Assembly (NCBI RefSeq): GCF_006345805.1
Contig: NC_043001.1
Coordinates: forward strand, 32,798,001 to 32,862,000
Length of the DNA stretch: 64,000 nt
Origin: Octopus sinensis
Lineage: Eukaryota
Direction: 5' to 3'
Shown here: piece after piece, positions 40,012 to 52,968 of the stretch
Numbering within the stretch: the stretch's first letter is position 1
Layout: the number at the start of each line of letters is the position of its first letter
Program-made: the position numbers and the translations under genes
Notes under the pieces: model-generated
Database searches by the model: none
What the model was told of the DNA's origin: nothing
Seen by the model: the letters and a program-made list of their open reading frames with translations, nothing else

Positions 40012-40779
40012 ATATATATTTAGCAGTAGCAATAGAGTGACTCAAGGTCCAAGAGTTTCGGGTGCTGGCACTATCAAACTTGTAGGAGAACTATTTTATT
40101 TTGGCGGAACAGTATCTATGTATGTGTGATTTGCAGAGGGTTATATAACATGAAAATGCAAAACAAAAGCAAGTTGAAAATTACAAAGATGCATGTGTGA
40201 CTTAACGCTATACAACCCCCTACTGCTTTTATCGACTTACAGTCTGGAGCGGATTACTGTAGGCTGACAGTCGAACTATTTCGTCCTAGCGTAGAAACAC
40301 GCTGGGCTATGTTACTCCGCCTGCTCGGAGCTGGCAGCGAAAGGATACACATAGCAACTTCCGCCCAGCCACCACTGCTTTGACGCCAACAAGTTAACAT
40401 GTCTTTATCAAGCTGTCCCAATGATCGTTGATCATATGTAGCGACATGCTGATATCTTCCTTGTATACACACACTGAACGACTCATTGCCTTATCTCTCA
40501 TTATTAGTAGGCCACATACACCAATCACCATTAACCCAACGCATGGATTTTTTACTAAGTGTGTTAACCCTTTTCTACCAGCATCACTCCAGCAGATTAC
40601 CATCTTTATTCGCATACATTGTGGTACACATCAATGTAAAAATTATAATTATCATCTTTGTCTCGTTTCAGAGCTGTTATTCTCTCTTTAAATAAATCTG
40701 TGGATTACGTTAACCCTAAAATATGCCATACGTTTGTATGTATGTACATACATAGAGACACGCGCACACACAGATATAT

Positions 40780-41002
40780 ATTTCTTTACTACCCACAAGG
40801 GGCTAAACACAGAGGAGACAAACAAGGACAGACAAACGGATTAAGTCGATTACATCGACCCCAGTGCGTAACTGGTACTTAATTTATCGAACCCGGAAGG
40901 ATGAAAGGCAAAGTCGACCTCGGCGGAATTTGAACTTAACGGCAGACGAAATACGGCAACGCATTTCGCCCGGCGTGCTAACGTTTCTGCCAGCTCGCCG
41001 CC
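40780..41002 (-). mobile_element. SINE family 1 (tail A)
   Basis: Homology to other copies. Confidence 0.85.
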
Positions 41003-41448
41003 TACACACACACACAGATATATACGTCACGGACAACTTGTGGTTCCTCCGTTGATTAGCCGTATTTCATGTTGTCCGCTTCTCAAAAGAAAATAAAAAA
41101 CTGTACATGCCTAATATGTGTGTGTATGTGATTCTTTTTATATGTGCGCCGCACATCTCTACGGGTTTGTTCTCATATGTTCGAATATATAAACGCATGT
41201 GCGTATACCTACGCTCATGCACATCCTTCTTTTCATGTATTTTGCAATGCGCATGCACATGCACAAACAGAAATAGACACTCTTTTGCTTAAGATAAACA
41301 ATCTGAAATTTGAAAAAGAAAACTCGAAATTGTGCATATGCGACTCGAACGTAAAATATGCTTGCCACCTGCAGTATACGTCATAGTAGAACAACTCTAT
41401 TTTACGACGATATTGTGTTTATAACACACGCGGTTCATTGGAACACGA

Positions 41449-41498
41449 GATTCTAAGACACCGGTGTTTCGATATTTGTTGTCTCGTCAGCAAGAATC
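41449..41498 (-). ncRNA. Type I hammerhead ribozyme with 10-nt palindromic helix III
   Basis: Minus strand: GATTCTTG-CTGACGA-GACAACAAATATC-GAA-ACACCGGTGT-C-TTAGAATC; all core nucleotides canonical, GUC site. Confidence 0.8.
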
Positions 41499-41823
41499 CT
41501 CCGGACCTGTGAATCTAAACCGTATATGACGTTCGAAACGTAAGTGTTCGGGATTACCACGCGCCAGTGATCCGAGTGTTTTATGGATAGACTGTAGTCG
41601 TAAATGGGAGTCGGTCTCCTACGACGTAAATATCAGTGTCAAATAAATATTGTGTTTGAACCTGTCTGAACTTATAAGCAGAAAATGTGCAAATAATCAT
41701 TCTACACACACACACACACACACACAACCACACACAGCACAACACACACACAAACACAAAGAGACAAACAGACACACACACAAACACGCACATAAACAAA
41801 CACATATATATGACGAGAGAAGA

Positions 41824-41888
<65 letters not shown>

Positions 41889-42886
41889 TATAGTATATAT
41901 ATACAAAGATAGTCTCGTACGAAATGGCATGCATGTCCGCTATGTGAGTGTGGTTTTGCGTGTAATACGTGAATATGCATAAAATATAGACTGTGGATAT
42001 GTGTGTGTGTGTGTGCGTGTATACACACACACACATATATATATATATAGAAAAATACATACATACATATATAATTATATACGTATTATATAATATATAT
42101 ATAGATAGATAGATAGATGTATGTCTAATATACATACATGTTGCATATATATATATGTATATATATATATATAGTATATACATATATATATATATAATAT
42201 ATATACCTATATATATATATAAGATATATATATATATATATATCTAATATATATATATATATACATATATAATATATATATATATATATTCACACACACA
42301 CCCCACATATATATATATAGATATACACGCCACACACATATACAACACGTATATATTAAATCATAAGAAAAAGAGGTGAAGTGAATATTCAATACTCAGG
42401 CTATCAGAGGAGTCTAAAATAAGTAAGCTTTACTTAGTAATTGTATTGATTCACTTTATTTTATTTTGCTTTTATTTTATTCTTATTTTTATTTTCGGGA
42501 AGATACAAGAAATATCAATTCTAAGAGTAAAAGACATATAAACATTAAATTTCTAGAAATTTCTTCAGATTGCAAAGTAAGTGGAACATCGATTAACAGA
42601 ATCAGAATATGGTATTGCGTTCTGAACATGTTGCTTGAAAAAAATTTTTTTTTTAATGATTTGTTGGTGTCACATTTTTGAAAATATTTCTTTTAGTTTG
42701 GTAATATTTCTTATAAGCTTGTAGATTAAAGAAGAAAAATAAACCATTATACATCTCAGCATAAGAAGAGAAATTTACCATGAATTCATGTATACATAGA
42801 CATATAAATATCAATATACGAGGTATGTAGCTGTATACGTGCATATGTATATATATTCATATATATATATATATATATACCATACA

Positions 42887-42931
<45 letters not shown>

Positions 42932-43100
42932 TATATATATATAATATATGTATCTATGTATGTATATATATATATAATGTAAGTATTCATGTTTATTGAA
43001 TGTAACATAAATACATATATATGCTTGTATGTATGCGTGTGCATACATCATACATGAACACACGCGCACACACACATATATATATATATATTATAATATA

Positions 43101-43133
<33 letters not shown>

Positions 43134-43406
43134 TGCAAACCCACGCACAGCACCTGAAGAACACAGAGTGGTTGTTAATATTCTTTTTCCACAGCTTGCT
43201 GATAGGTAAAGAATCGTATTAATTTGGAAAATACGGAAGAGAGCAGATGTCAATCATACATTGTACATCACATTGGGCAACAGTTTTTCATTTCGAAAAC
43301 GGATTCCAAGACGCATCTCTCCAGAAAAATTAGATCATGTGCAGCATAACCTGGGAGAAATATAAATATTCACAGATTTATGTTATTTCAGTTTCTAATA
43401 ATTTAA

Positions 43407-44645
43407 GTCTACATGGCGTCGAGCTGACAGAAATTTTTGCACGCCGAGCGAAATTCTTAGCTGTATTTCGTCTGTCTTTACGTTCTTAGTCCAAATTCCG
43501 CCGAGGTCGACTTTGAGTTTTATCCATTCAGGGTCGATTATATAATAAGTACCAGTTACGCACTCGGGTCGATGTTTAGCCCCCTGTGAGCAATAAAGAA
43601 ATAAATATCTTATGTCTATAAAGCGGCGAGCTGGCAGAAACGTTAGCACGCCGGGCGAAATGCTTAGAAGTATTTCCTCTCTCTTTACTTTCTGGGTTCA
43701 AATTCCGCCGAGGTCGAGTTTTACTTTTAGTCTTTCGGAGTCGATAAATTAAATACTAGTTGCGTACTGGCGTCGATCTAATCGACTGCCCCTCGCCAAA
43801 AATGTCGGGCCTTGTGCCTAGAGTAGAAACAATTATATTGCATTTATAAGGCGGCGAGCTAGCAGAAACGTTAGCACGCCGGGCGAAATGCTTTGCGGTA
43901 TTTCGTCTGCCGTTACGTTGTGAGTTCAAATTCCGCCGAGGTCGGCTTTACCTTTCATCCTTTCGGGGTCGATAAATTAAGTACCAGTTACGCACTGGGG
44001 TCGATGTAATCGACTTAATACCTATGTCTGTCCTTGTTTGTCCCCTCTGTGTTTAGCCCCTTGTGGGTAATAAAGAAATAGATATTTCGTCTGCCGCTAC
44101 GTTCTGAGTTCAAATTCCGCCGGGATCAATTAAATAAGTACCAGTTACACACTGGGGTCGATATAATCGACTTAATCCGTTTGTCTGTCCTTGTTTGTCC
44201 CTTCTGTGTTTAGCCCCTTGTGGGTAGTAAAGAAGTAGGTATTTCGCTTGCCGCTACGTTCTGAGTTCAAATTCCGCCGAAATCGACTTTTCCTTTTATC
44301 CTTTCGAGGTCGATAAATTGAATACCAGTTGCGTAGTGGTGTCGATCTAATCGACTGTTCCTCACCAAAAATTTCGGGCCTTGTGCCTAGAGTAGAAAGA
44401 TTATATTGCATGTGTAACGCGGCTAGCTGGCAGAAACGTTAGCACGCCAGCCGAAATACTTAGTAGTATTTCCTCTGTCTTTACGTTCTACGTTCTACGT
44501 TCTGAGTTCAAATTCCGCCGAGGTCGACTTTGCCTTTCATATTTTCAGGGTCGATAAATAAAATACCAGCTGCGTACTGGTGTCGATCTAATCGACTAGC
44601 CCCTCCCCCAAAATTTCGGGCCTTGTGTCTTGAGTAGAATAGAAT
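43407..44645 (+). mobile_element. Cluster of six head-to-tail SINE family 1 copies (tail A and tail B)
   Basis: Copies start near 43407, 43622, 43849, 44081, 44238, 44419. Confidence 0.85.
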
Positions 44646-45337
44646 ATTTTAAGTCTATTCTTCTCATTTATCTATAGGAAAATATAGCGTGGACTGCCTG
44701 TCGTTATATCGTTCTGCACTCTGTGATTATAGAGCTGAGATTTACAAAGATCACAATGCTTTAGATTCAATGATGTTTTTTTTTCACCGTACATATATAT
44801 ACATACATACATGAAAAGAGAAGATATAGACATAACGAGAGGAAGAGACACAATAGATCGATAAGGAGGAGGGGACATACATATATTGGTTAGTTGAGTG
44901 ATATACAAACACACACACATATATACGTACATATATATAGATAGACGAACAGACAGACAGGCAGCTAAATAGATAAATGTATGTATTATATACAGAGGTA
45001 TATATTTATATACATTATAGATTTATTGATAGACAGATCGATAGATAAATAGGTTGATTGATTGATAGATAGATAGTTACAGTTTCGTGCCCACATATGT
45101 ACTTGCTTCTGTGTGTGTGTGTGTGTGTGTGATGAAATAACATTCGGAAACTAACATTGATTACTATTTAGGTGGTTGGAATACAAAATATATACAATCG
45201 ATTTCATTGTTGTTATTACTATGCCGACTAAGTGTATCGTCGTTAATGAGCCTAATTTGATACTCCTCGATGTGTGCGTCCTTGATTCTTATATTATCGA
45301 TGATCGAAGTGCCATCTTCTAAGTATATACACATGTA

Positions 45338-46164
45338 CAGTAATCCCTCGTCATATCGCGGTTCACCTATCGCGTTTATTCTTTAAGCTTACGTCGATTC
45401 CTCCGTGGTGTTGTTTTGCTGTTATAATAAAATAAATATATGCAAATTATAAAAATAATAAAAAATATTACGTTTATATATTTGTTGTGCAAGATTTTTT
45501 ATGTGAAGTCGTGTGTTGAAACAGACATTGTTGTATTTCGGAATGGTCATTTTGCCAGTTTAGCCAATAAAAACACACGCACTATATATTTGGTGTTACT
45601 TTGCTTCAGTGTAATTTATAAGATTAAGATTAATGTAAAAAGATAAATAACACTGAAGCAAAGTAACACCAAATATATAGTGCGTGTGTTTTTATTGGCT
45701 AAACTGACAAAATGACCATTCCGAAATACAACAATAAAAAATATATATACAAAAAAAGGACACAATGGTTTTTTATCGATAAACCTCGACGTGTATCTAT
45801 GTATATATATAGATACATTCAAATACATCTTCATACATAAGGGCTGAACATTAGATTTGAGCAATGCCATCACTAGATTGTTCTCATAAACATGGGCAAC
45901 ATGGAGGAGGATTTTTAATCCTGCTACGGTCCTACACTATTTTGAAAGGATGTGACCAAGACGTGGGCCTCTTGCAGCTGGTGTAATGTTTATGGCCCAC
46001 CCTGACACATAACTTCATACCATCGTTGTATTTATTAGTGAATGTTTTGCTTTTTTAGGTTAAGGTTAGCCATAGTAAGCAACATATAATACTTCGCGGA
46101 TTTTCGCCTATCGCGGTGGGGAGGGGCTTGGAACGAAACACCCGCGATAGTCGAGAGATTGCTG
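45338..46164. mobile_element. pogo/Tigger-like MITE with ~620-bp internal filler
   Basis: TA|CAGTAATCCCTCGTCATATCGCGG ... CCGCGATAGTCGAGAGATTGCTG|TA; ends match the short copy at 948. Confidence 0.75.
45527..45735. repeat. Near-perfect foldback: 86-bp arms, 37-bp spacer
   Basis: 45527-45612 is the reverse complement of 45650-45735 with one mismatch seen. Confidence 0.9.
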
Positions 46165-47121
46165 TATATTCTTCTCTTCTTTTCACCTAAAGTAAATTTT
46201 GGCAGGCCATCTCCTTGGTAGCCAGTTTGTGAAAGTATCTTGCTTTGTCCATCATCTTTTATATCTTAAGACGGTCTTGCAGATTTTTATAGTCCTATAT
46301 ATAGGGAGCATCCGTAACATATGAATTAAGGATATGCATGTATGTACATACGTATTGTTGTTTGGACGCACCCCTGGACGATATGTAGGTAGTCCAATAC
46401 TTATAAATAGTGGACGTGATAGCTAGTCGTAGAAGCGTCGAGTTCTGTTGAGTCGAGTCGTCGGAAGTGAGAGTTCGGTATTTGAGTTGCGGTACGTTAT
46501 TGGCGAAGGCACGCCATCCGAACGTGCGATATAACACGTATATAGGATTGGATGAACTCAGTAGGATGGGAGTGAGAGATTTCTAGTGTTTGTTTAGACA
46601 TCTCTCCAAGAGAAGGAGTCTCATGCAACACCTGCTATTTCCTTTGCAGCAAATAATGTAGACTAGTTCTTCTTTTTGGTCAAATTCATATATTATTAAC
46701 AGAGTGAGATTGGCTTTGTGCAAGGTCTTTTCTCACTTTAAAAAGCTTCAGGTACAAGAAGGCATTGCTTAATTTTTAATGTCTCTATTATGTGTTGCTT
46801 ACTATGGCTAACCTTAACCTAAAAGAGAAAAACATTCGCTGATAAATACCACGATGGTATGAAGTTATGTGTCAGGGTTGGCGATAAATATTACACCAGC
46901 AGCAATAGGCACACGTCTTGGTCACATCCGTTCAAAATAGTGTAGGACCGTAGCAGGATTAAAAATCCTCCTCCATGTTGCCCATATTTATGAGAACAAT
47001 CAAGTGATGGCATTGCTCAAATCTAATGTTCAGCCCTTATGTATGAAGATGTATTTGAATGTATCTATACATAAACATACACACGTCGAGGTTTATCGAT
47101 AAAAACCATTGTGTCCCTTTT
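45754..47121. repeat. Inverted repeat, ~337-bp arms (45754-46091 / 46786-47121)
   Basis: Arms align as reverse complements with moderate divergence. Confidence 0.85.
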
Positions 47122-47228
47122 ATGTCAAAATGTAATTTTGTGATTCCATAAATAGTGACAAAAAAACTTGTAGACCGGAATGATCCTAGCAGAATCTAGG
47201 AAACTTAGAAGTGAGGCACATATGTGTA

Positions 47229-47267
<39 letters not shown>

Positions 47268-47961
47268 AAGGGACAGAGAGAATGCCTATGTATATACGTG
47301 TTTATGCATACGTTAATGTGTACGAAGGAATACAGGAGCACTCGTAAACTGTGGAGGCTTTTTTGATATCAATAGACATTCCGTATATTCCTATTACATT
47401 ATTTACAGTATAACACAGCCAAAATAGATCAAACATCATTCAAATATCTTTTATGAATGATAGCATATGCATTTTATGTATGTGAGACTTTGACTCATGC
47501 GCTGCGAAATAGTCGAGTGTTTAATATAGATATATGTGTACGTCTGTGAATGTGTGCCTGTGTGTCGTGTGTCTATGTGTATATGCGGGTGTTTATGAAC
47601 AAAACTATTTACACTCACCCATTTAGTACACTCGGTAATGTAATTGTAATGCAATAAAAAACACTTGTGTATTATTAATTGGGTATTCTACCAGCAGTTT
47701 ATTGGATAGATATTATCCCTTAGTGGGTTGGATTCACAACCTCTTGGAGTTATCTTTAGGATTTCATTAATTTATACTATGACTTTTAAAATCTGTATTT
47801 GTATTATTATCTTATCTATTGATTTATATAATATTTTTGTATGCTTTTGTTCTAATTTGTAAAATGTATAAATAATCCAACATTATAATATCTGTAAGTT
47901 GATGAACAAACCAAATTTGTTTCTCCATTTTCTTTTTGTGTATTATATATATATAGATATA

Positions 47962-47994
<33 letters not shown>

Positions 47995-48807
47995 GATAGA
48001 TATACAGCGTGGCATTTTGGGCGTCTCTTCGGGCCAACCAAATATGGGTGAATATGACGTGTGTGTGTGTGCGCGCGCACGTACCATTGTATCTGTATTT
48101 ATCCCCACTACAGCTTCATAACAGATGTTGTTTTACGTCACCGTAACATAGCAGTTCGACAAGGCGTTTGGAAAACTAATAAGTTCTGGTGTTGATTCGT
48201 TCAACTAAAATTCTTCAAAGCAGTGCCCCAGCATGGCCACATTATAATAACCGAAACAAGTAAACGATAAAAGAAAAGGGATAAAAGATATACATATCAT
48301 TGCTATTATGTTAGACTGTCGTATGTCCAAATTTGGCCAAGTGCCTTTCTTTCAATATTTATTCTTGCTTGCAATAGCCGGGTCTTTTGGTCAAACTATC
48401 GTATCTCCAGCTGCTTCAGGTGCCAAAATTGTCAAACTGTAGTACAACGGTTTTGCTATGGAATGGTGAAACTATCTTTTCGTTTTCTAAAAAAAGCAAC
48501 GTTTTGGACATACTACACTTTTGCATAATAGCAACGATGTGTATGTTCTTTTTGGAATAGTGGTCACGGTTTTCGAAGGATATCATATATGGCTATAAAG
48601 AATAACAAGTAAATATTGGGTTCAGAAACACTTTTTGGATAGAAAAATTCCTAGGGCCGCCTATATTTACATCCTATTCCTTATAGCTGTATATGTTATG
48701 CTTCGAGAAGAATTATTTCAAAAATTATCTTTTTGACGTCGCTTAAAGTTTCACAAACTTCTTAGTAAATAATGCATACATACATATATACATACATACA
48801 TAAAATA

Positions 48808-48941
48808 TTAGGAATCTTGGTTCCCAACCACATGGTACCGGGTTCAGTCCCACTTCGTGGCACCTTGGGCAAGTGTCTTCTACTATAGCCTCGGGCTGAC
48901 CAAAGCCTTGTGAGTGGATCTGCTACACGGAACCTGTGAGA

Positions 48942-48945
<4 letters not shown>
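48808..48945 (+). mobile_element. SINE family 2, 5' part
   Basis: CCAACCACATGG...GGGTTCAGTCCCAC...GGGCAAGTGTCTTCTACTATAGCC. Confidence 0.75.
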
Positions 48946-48978
<33 letters not shown>

Positions 48979-49027
48979 TATTTATATATTATATATTATA
49001 TATTATATATTATATATTATTATTATA

Positions 49028-50263
49028 CATTGGGTCATCCCAAAAAGAATGTGGATTTTTTATGCTTCTTTTATTTGTTCAAAATTAAGATAAAGTTCTT
49101 TATTTAATCTGAAATATACTCTCCTTCATTTTCTACAATGCTCTTCCACCTATATGGTAGACTTGTAAAGCCCCTCTTCCAAAATTGTCCGTGATGAGAA
49201 ATATTCCTCCGGTACTGTTCTCACCTCGTCTACAGAATTCACATTTTTTCCGTCCAAATGATTTTGAAGACTGCAGAATAAGTAATAATCAGATGGGGCA
49301 ATGTCCGGCGAATATGGAGGGTTAGGCATTGTTTTCTATTAAAACTTCTGCAGCCTTTGAAATGTCATCCTCGCTCTATGTGGCTGATCATTATCCTGAT
49401 GTGATAATATATTCCGTCGTGAAACCAAAGGTAGTTGTTTTTCTTCTTGCACTGACTTAAGCCGCTCAAGCTACTCGCAGTAGATTTCCTTTGTTATCGT
49501 TTGGTTTGGGTTTAAAAGTTCAAAGTGGACTAAACCTTTTATATCACACCAAACAGATAACACCTTACGTGGGTGTAGACCTTCTTTAGCATGGGATGTT
49601 GGTGTTTCTCCTTTCCTTGCCTACTGTCTTCGGCGCTTGACATTTTTATAGAGAACCCATTTCTCGTAACCAGTCATTACTCGGTCCAAAAAGATACATT
49701 CGTGAGATGTGACAGCAAAGAAGAGCACACATTCCCTTTCTGTGCGCAGACTCGGAAAGTTTGTGAGGAACCCATTGACCCAGTTTGCATGCAGGTATCG
49801 ATGAATGGTTGAATGACCAAATCTAATCTTCTCTGCTAGTTCCTCAACAATTGCAATGGGATTTTCTTCCACTAGGGTTTGCAGGACGTCCTTTTTGAAC
49901 CCTACAGATCTTCCAGGACGAGGCTTGTCTTCTAGGCTATAGTTTCCGGCTCGGAATTTCTAGAACCACCGTTGACACTGGCTTGCGTTTATTGTCCGAT
50001 CCCTAAATACTGCATTAATATTCCTCTCACTTTCCATTGCACTGTTGCCTTTATTGAACTCATGAAGCAAAATATACTGAATATGCTCCTTTCTTACTTC
50101 CATTACAGCTTTGAAAAAATAACTGTTAAAATCGAACTGCACTCTACAAAACTTGCACAAGAATAGGTACAACGAAAAGAAAAATTACTACCTCCTTTTA
50201 GTTCCCTCCGACTTTCAGTTCATGCAATTGAAAAAACTGCATTAGTTTTAGGATGACCAAATA
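49028..50263 (-). mobile_element. Near full-length decayed mariner transposon
   Basis: ~30-bp TIRs (CATTGGGTCATCC... / ...GGATGACCAAATA), TA flanks; transposase pseudogene 50103-49104 with MEVRKEHIQYILLHEF, CQRWF, VMTGYEKWVLY, HQDNDQPH, PPYSPDIAPSDYYLF. Confidence 0.9.
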
Positions 50264-50276
50264 TATATACACACAC

Positions 50277-50317
<41 letters not shown>

Positions 50318-50915
50318 GTGTGGTGGTGTGTGTGTGTGTGTGTGGTGGTGTATGTGTGTGGTGTGTGGTGTGTGTGTATGTATGTATGTATGTATGTATT
50401 ATGTATGTATGTATATATATATATGTATATATATATATAATATTGTATTATATATATGTATGTATATTATATATATATATAGTATATATATATATATTAT
50501 ATATATATATAAATATATATATATCTATATATATGGATATGTATTGTCTTCGTTATTTGATCTTTGTTTTTGTCAAATGCTGTATAAAGCCAACGTGAAT
50601 CAGCAGCGTTATTGAAGTTCACTGCGCTCTCCACATGTTCAACGTATATTGACTTTCAATGATTTTAGAGTAGAACTCAGTAAAGCAATTCGTTTGCGCT
50701 CCTCGACTGTCATAAGTGAGCAGCTGTTGCCAAAGTTGCCCTTTGTAGTAACCAAGGATATAACTTTCAAAGCATTTATTTAAAACACTCAATGGCCAGC
50801 AAGTGTCATGCCAGCACGCACAGAAGTACACACACACGCACACACGCATACACACACACACACACACACATACACAGACACAAATATATGCAAAATCACA
50901 TTCATACACATACGC

Positions 50916-50949
<34 letters not shown>

Positions 50950-51397
50950 TCAGAGACAACCCGTATATATAGAGACTGTGAAGGCGTGTACATGTGTACG
51001 CATTATGTACGTACGTATAATATATCTATCAACCTGTGAATCTATGTATATATATGTATATATATATATATGTATATAATATATATATGTATGTATGTAT
51101 GAATATATGTATGTATAAATGTATATGTATATATGTATATGTATGCATGTATATATATATATATTCTCTTATTCTCTTATGTTTCAGTTCAATGACTGTG
51201 GCCATGCTGGAGCAAACTACAAAAAGAAACGTCGCACTATAAAATATTATTTGTTTCACACATGATATTGAGATATGAATTTTATCACATTCCTAGACAA
51301 TTTGATATCAAGAAGATGTCACTAACCCACAATACCACTCTCTTTTAAAAACACAAGAATTGCATGTAGGGTTCGAACTTACTCACTTTTCGTGAAA

Positions 51398-52050
51398 ATG
51401 CCAAGACTAACAGGAAATCAGAGGGAGCAAGCCAATGGACGTCTCCAAGCCTGGTCAACGTCCATGGGTCATTGCTAATGACTTGAACAGCAGTATTCGG
51501 ACTACAGAGCGACTGAGAGAACAATACAATGCCACAACAGCACGGATGACCGTCCAAGCAGTGGCCGACAGGGGATTACAACGGCACGTCAAGATCGCCA
51601 CCTGCACCACCAGCACTTTCAGGACAAATTCCGGAGGGCAATGGAATTATCTAGGTAGACCATAGGGACTCACCACAGACCCATTTGTTCGCTGCCGACC
51701 TGGCAGAACCGTTAGCACACCGGGCGAAATGCGTAGCCGTATTTCGTCTGCCGTTACGTTCTGAGTTCAAATTCCGCTGAGGTCGACTTTGCCTTTCATC
51801 CTTTCGGGGTCGATAAGTCAAGTACCAGTTATGCACTGGGGTCGATGTAATCGACGTAATTCGTTTGTCTGTCCTTGTTTGTCCCCTCTGTGTTTAGCCC
51901 CTTGTGGGTAATAAAGAAACAGATCTTTCAATCAGTCTTGTCGATGTCCGGCTAGGTGTTCTATCCTCACACATCGTCATCAACGAGCACATCTGCAGTG
52001 GGCTCAAAAGCGACAGAACTGGTGGCAGTTCGGTGGATAAAGACTCATGG
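51398..52050 (+). mobile_element. Tc1-family transposase N-terminal fragment interrupted by a SINE
   Basis: MPRLTGNQREQANGRLQA..., DRPSSGRQGITTARQDRH, then after the SINE RPARCSILTHRHQRAHLQWAQ; frameshifted. Confidence 0.75.
51693..51921 (+). mobile_element. SINE family 1 (tail A) inserted in the Tc1 remnant
   Basis: Homology to other copies. Confidence 0.85.
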
Positions 52051-52130
52051 TAAAGAGCGGGATTGCACTCAGCCAGAAACTTGGATCGGTGGTCTTCCAA
52101 AACATCGGCCAAAGCTACATTCACGAGATT

Positions 52131-52418
52131 AGGTTGTGAGTTCGAATCCCGGACCGGGCTGCGTGTTGTGTTCTTGAGAAAACACTTTATTTCATGTTGC
52201 TCCAGTTCACTCAGGTGTAGAAATGGGTTGTGACGTCACAGGAGCCAAGCTGTATCGGCCTTTCCCTTTCCTTTGGATAACACTCGTGGCGTGGAAAGAG
52301 GTGGCCGGTATGCATGGGTAACTGCTAGTCTTCCATAAACAACCGTGCTCGGACTTGTACCTCAGAGGGTAACTTTCTAGATGTAATCACATGATCAGTC
52401 ATGACCGAAGTGGGTCTC
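52131..52418 (+). mobile_element. SINE family 4, 5'-truncated
   Basis: GGTTGTGAGTTCGAATCCCGGACCGGGC B-box region plus GTGTTGTGTTCTTGAG core; homologous to 56776-57092. Confidence 0.7.
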
Positions 52419-52426
52419 AGCATATA

Positions 52427-52462
<36 letters not shown>

Positions 52463-52504
52463 TGTATGTATGTATGTATGTATGTATGTATGTATGTATG
52501 TAGT

Positions 52505-52690
52505 GTTTATGTGTCAGTGTTTGTAGCCCCGACATCGCTTGACAACAGATGCTGGTGAGTTTACGTCCCTGTAACTTAGCCGTTCGGACCAATAGAATAA
52601 GTAATAGGCTTACAAAAATAAGTCCTGAGGTTGATTTGTTCGACTAAAGGCGGTGCTCCAGCATGGTCGCCGTGAAATGACTGAAACAAA
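52505..52690 (+). mobile_element. SINE family 2, 3' part
   Basis: Homology to other copies. Confidence 0.75.
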
Positions 52691-52968
52691 TAATATATAT
52701 ATATATTGGTCCAGGAAACTAGATGGTAAGATGTTTTTCATTTTTCAATTCGTTCCTGTCGAATTTTATCCCTAATTTTTGTGGTTATAGAACCTAGCTG
52801 TTCTTTCTAGCGTGTTGAATTCCTATAAGTGGATTCCTTATGTGTTTTAATATACATTGTATCGTATGACTAATATATAGTCTTTTTGACTAAATTTTTT
52901 ACACGTTAGACCACTGGAAATGTACATTTTAATTAATTTCCATTTCCCTTTAGATATGATTAAATATA

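Noticed and set aside
46313-46536. Possible solo LTR (TATA box, ends ...TATAACA)
   Set aside because: No TG start, no target-site duplication, no second copy
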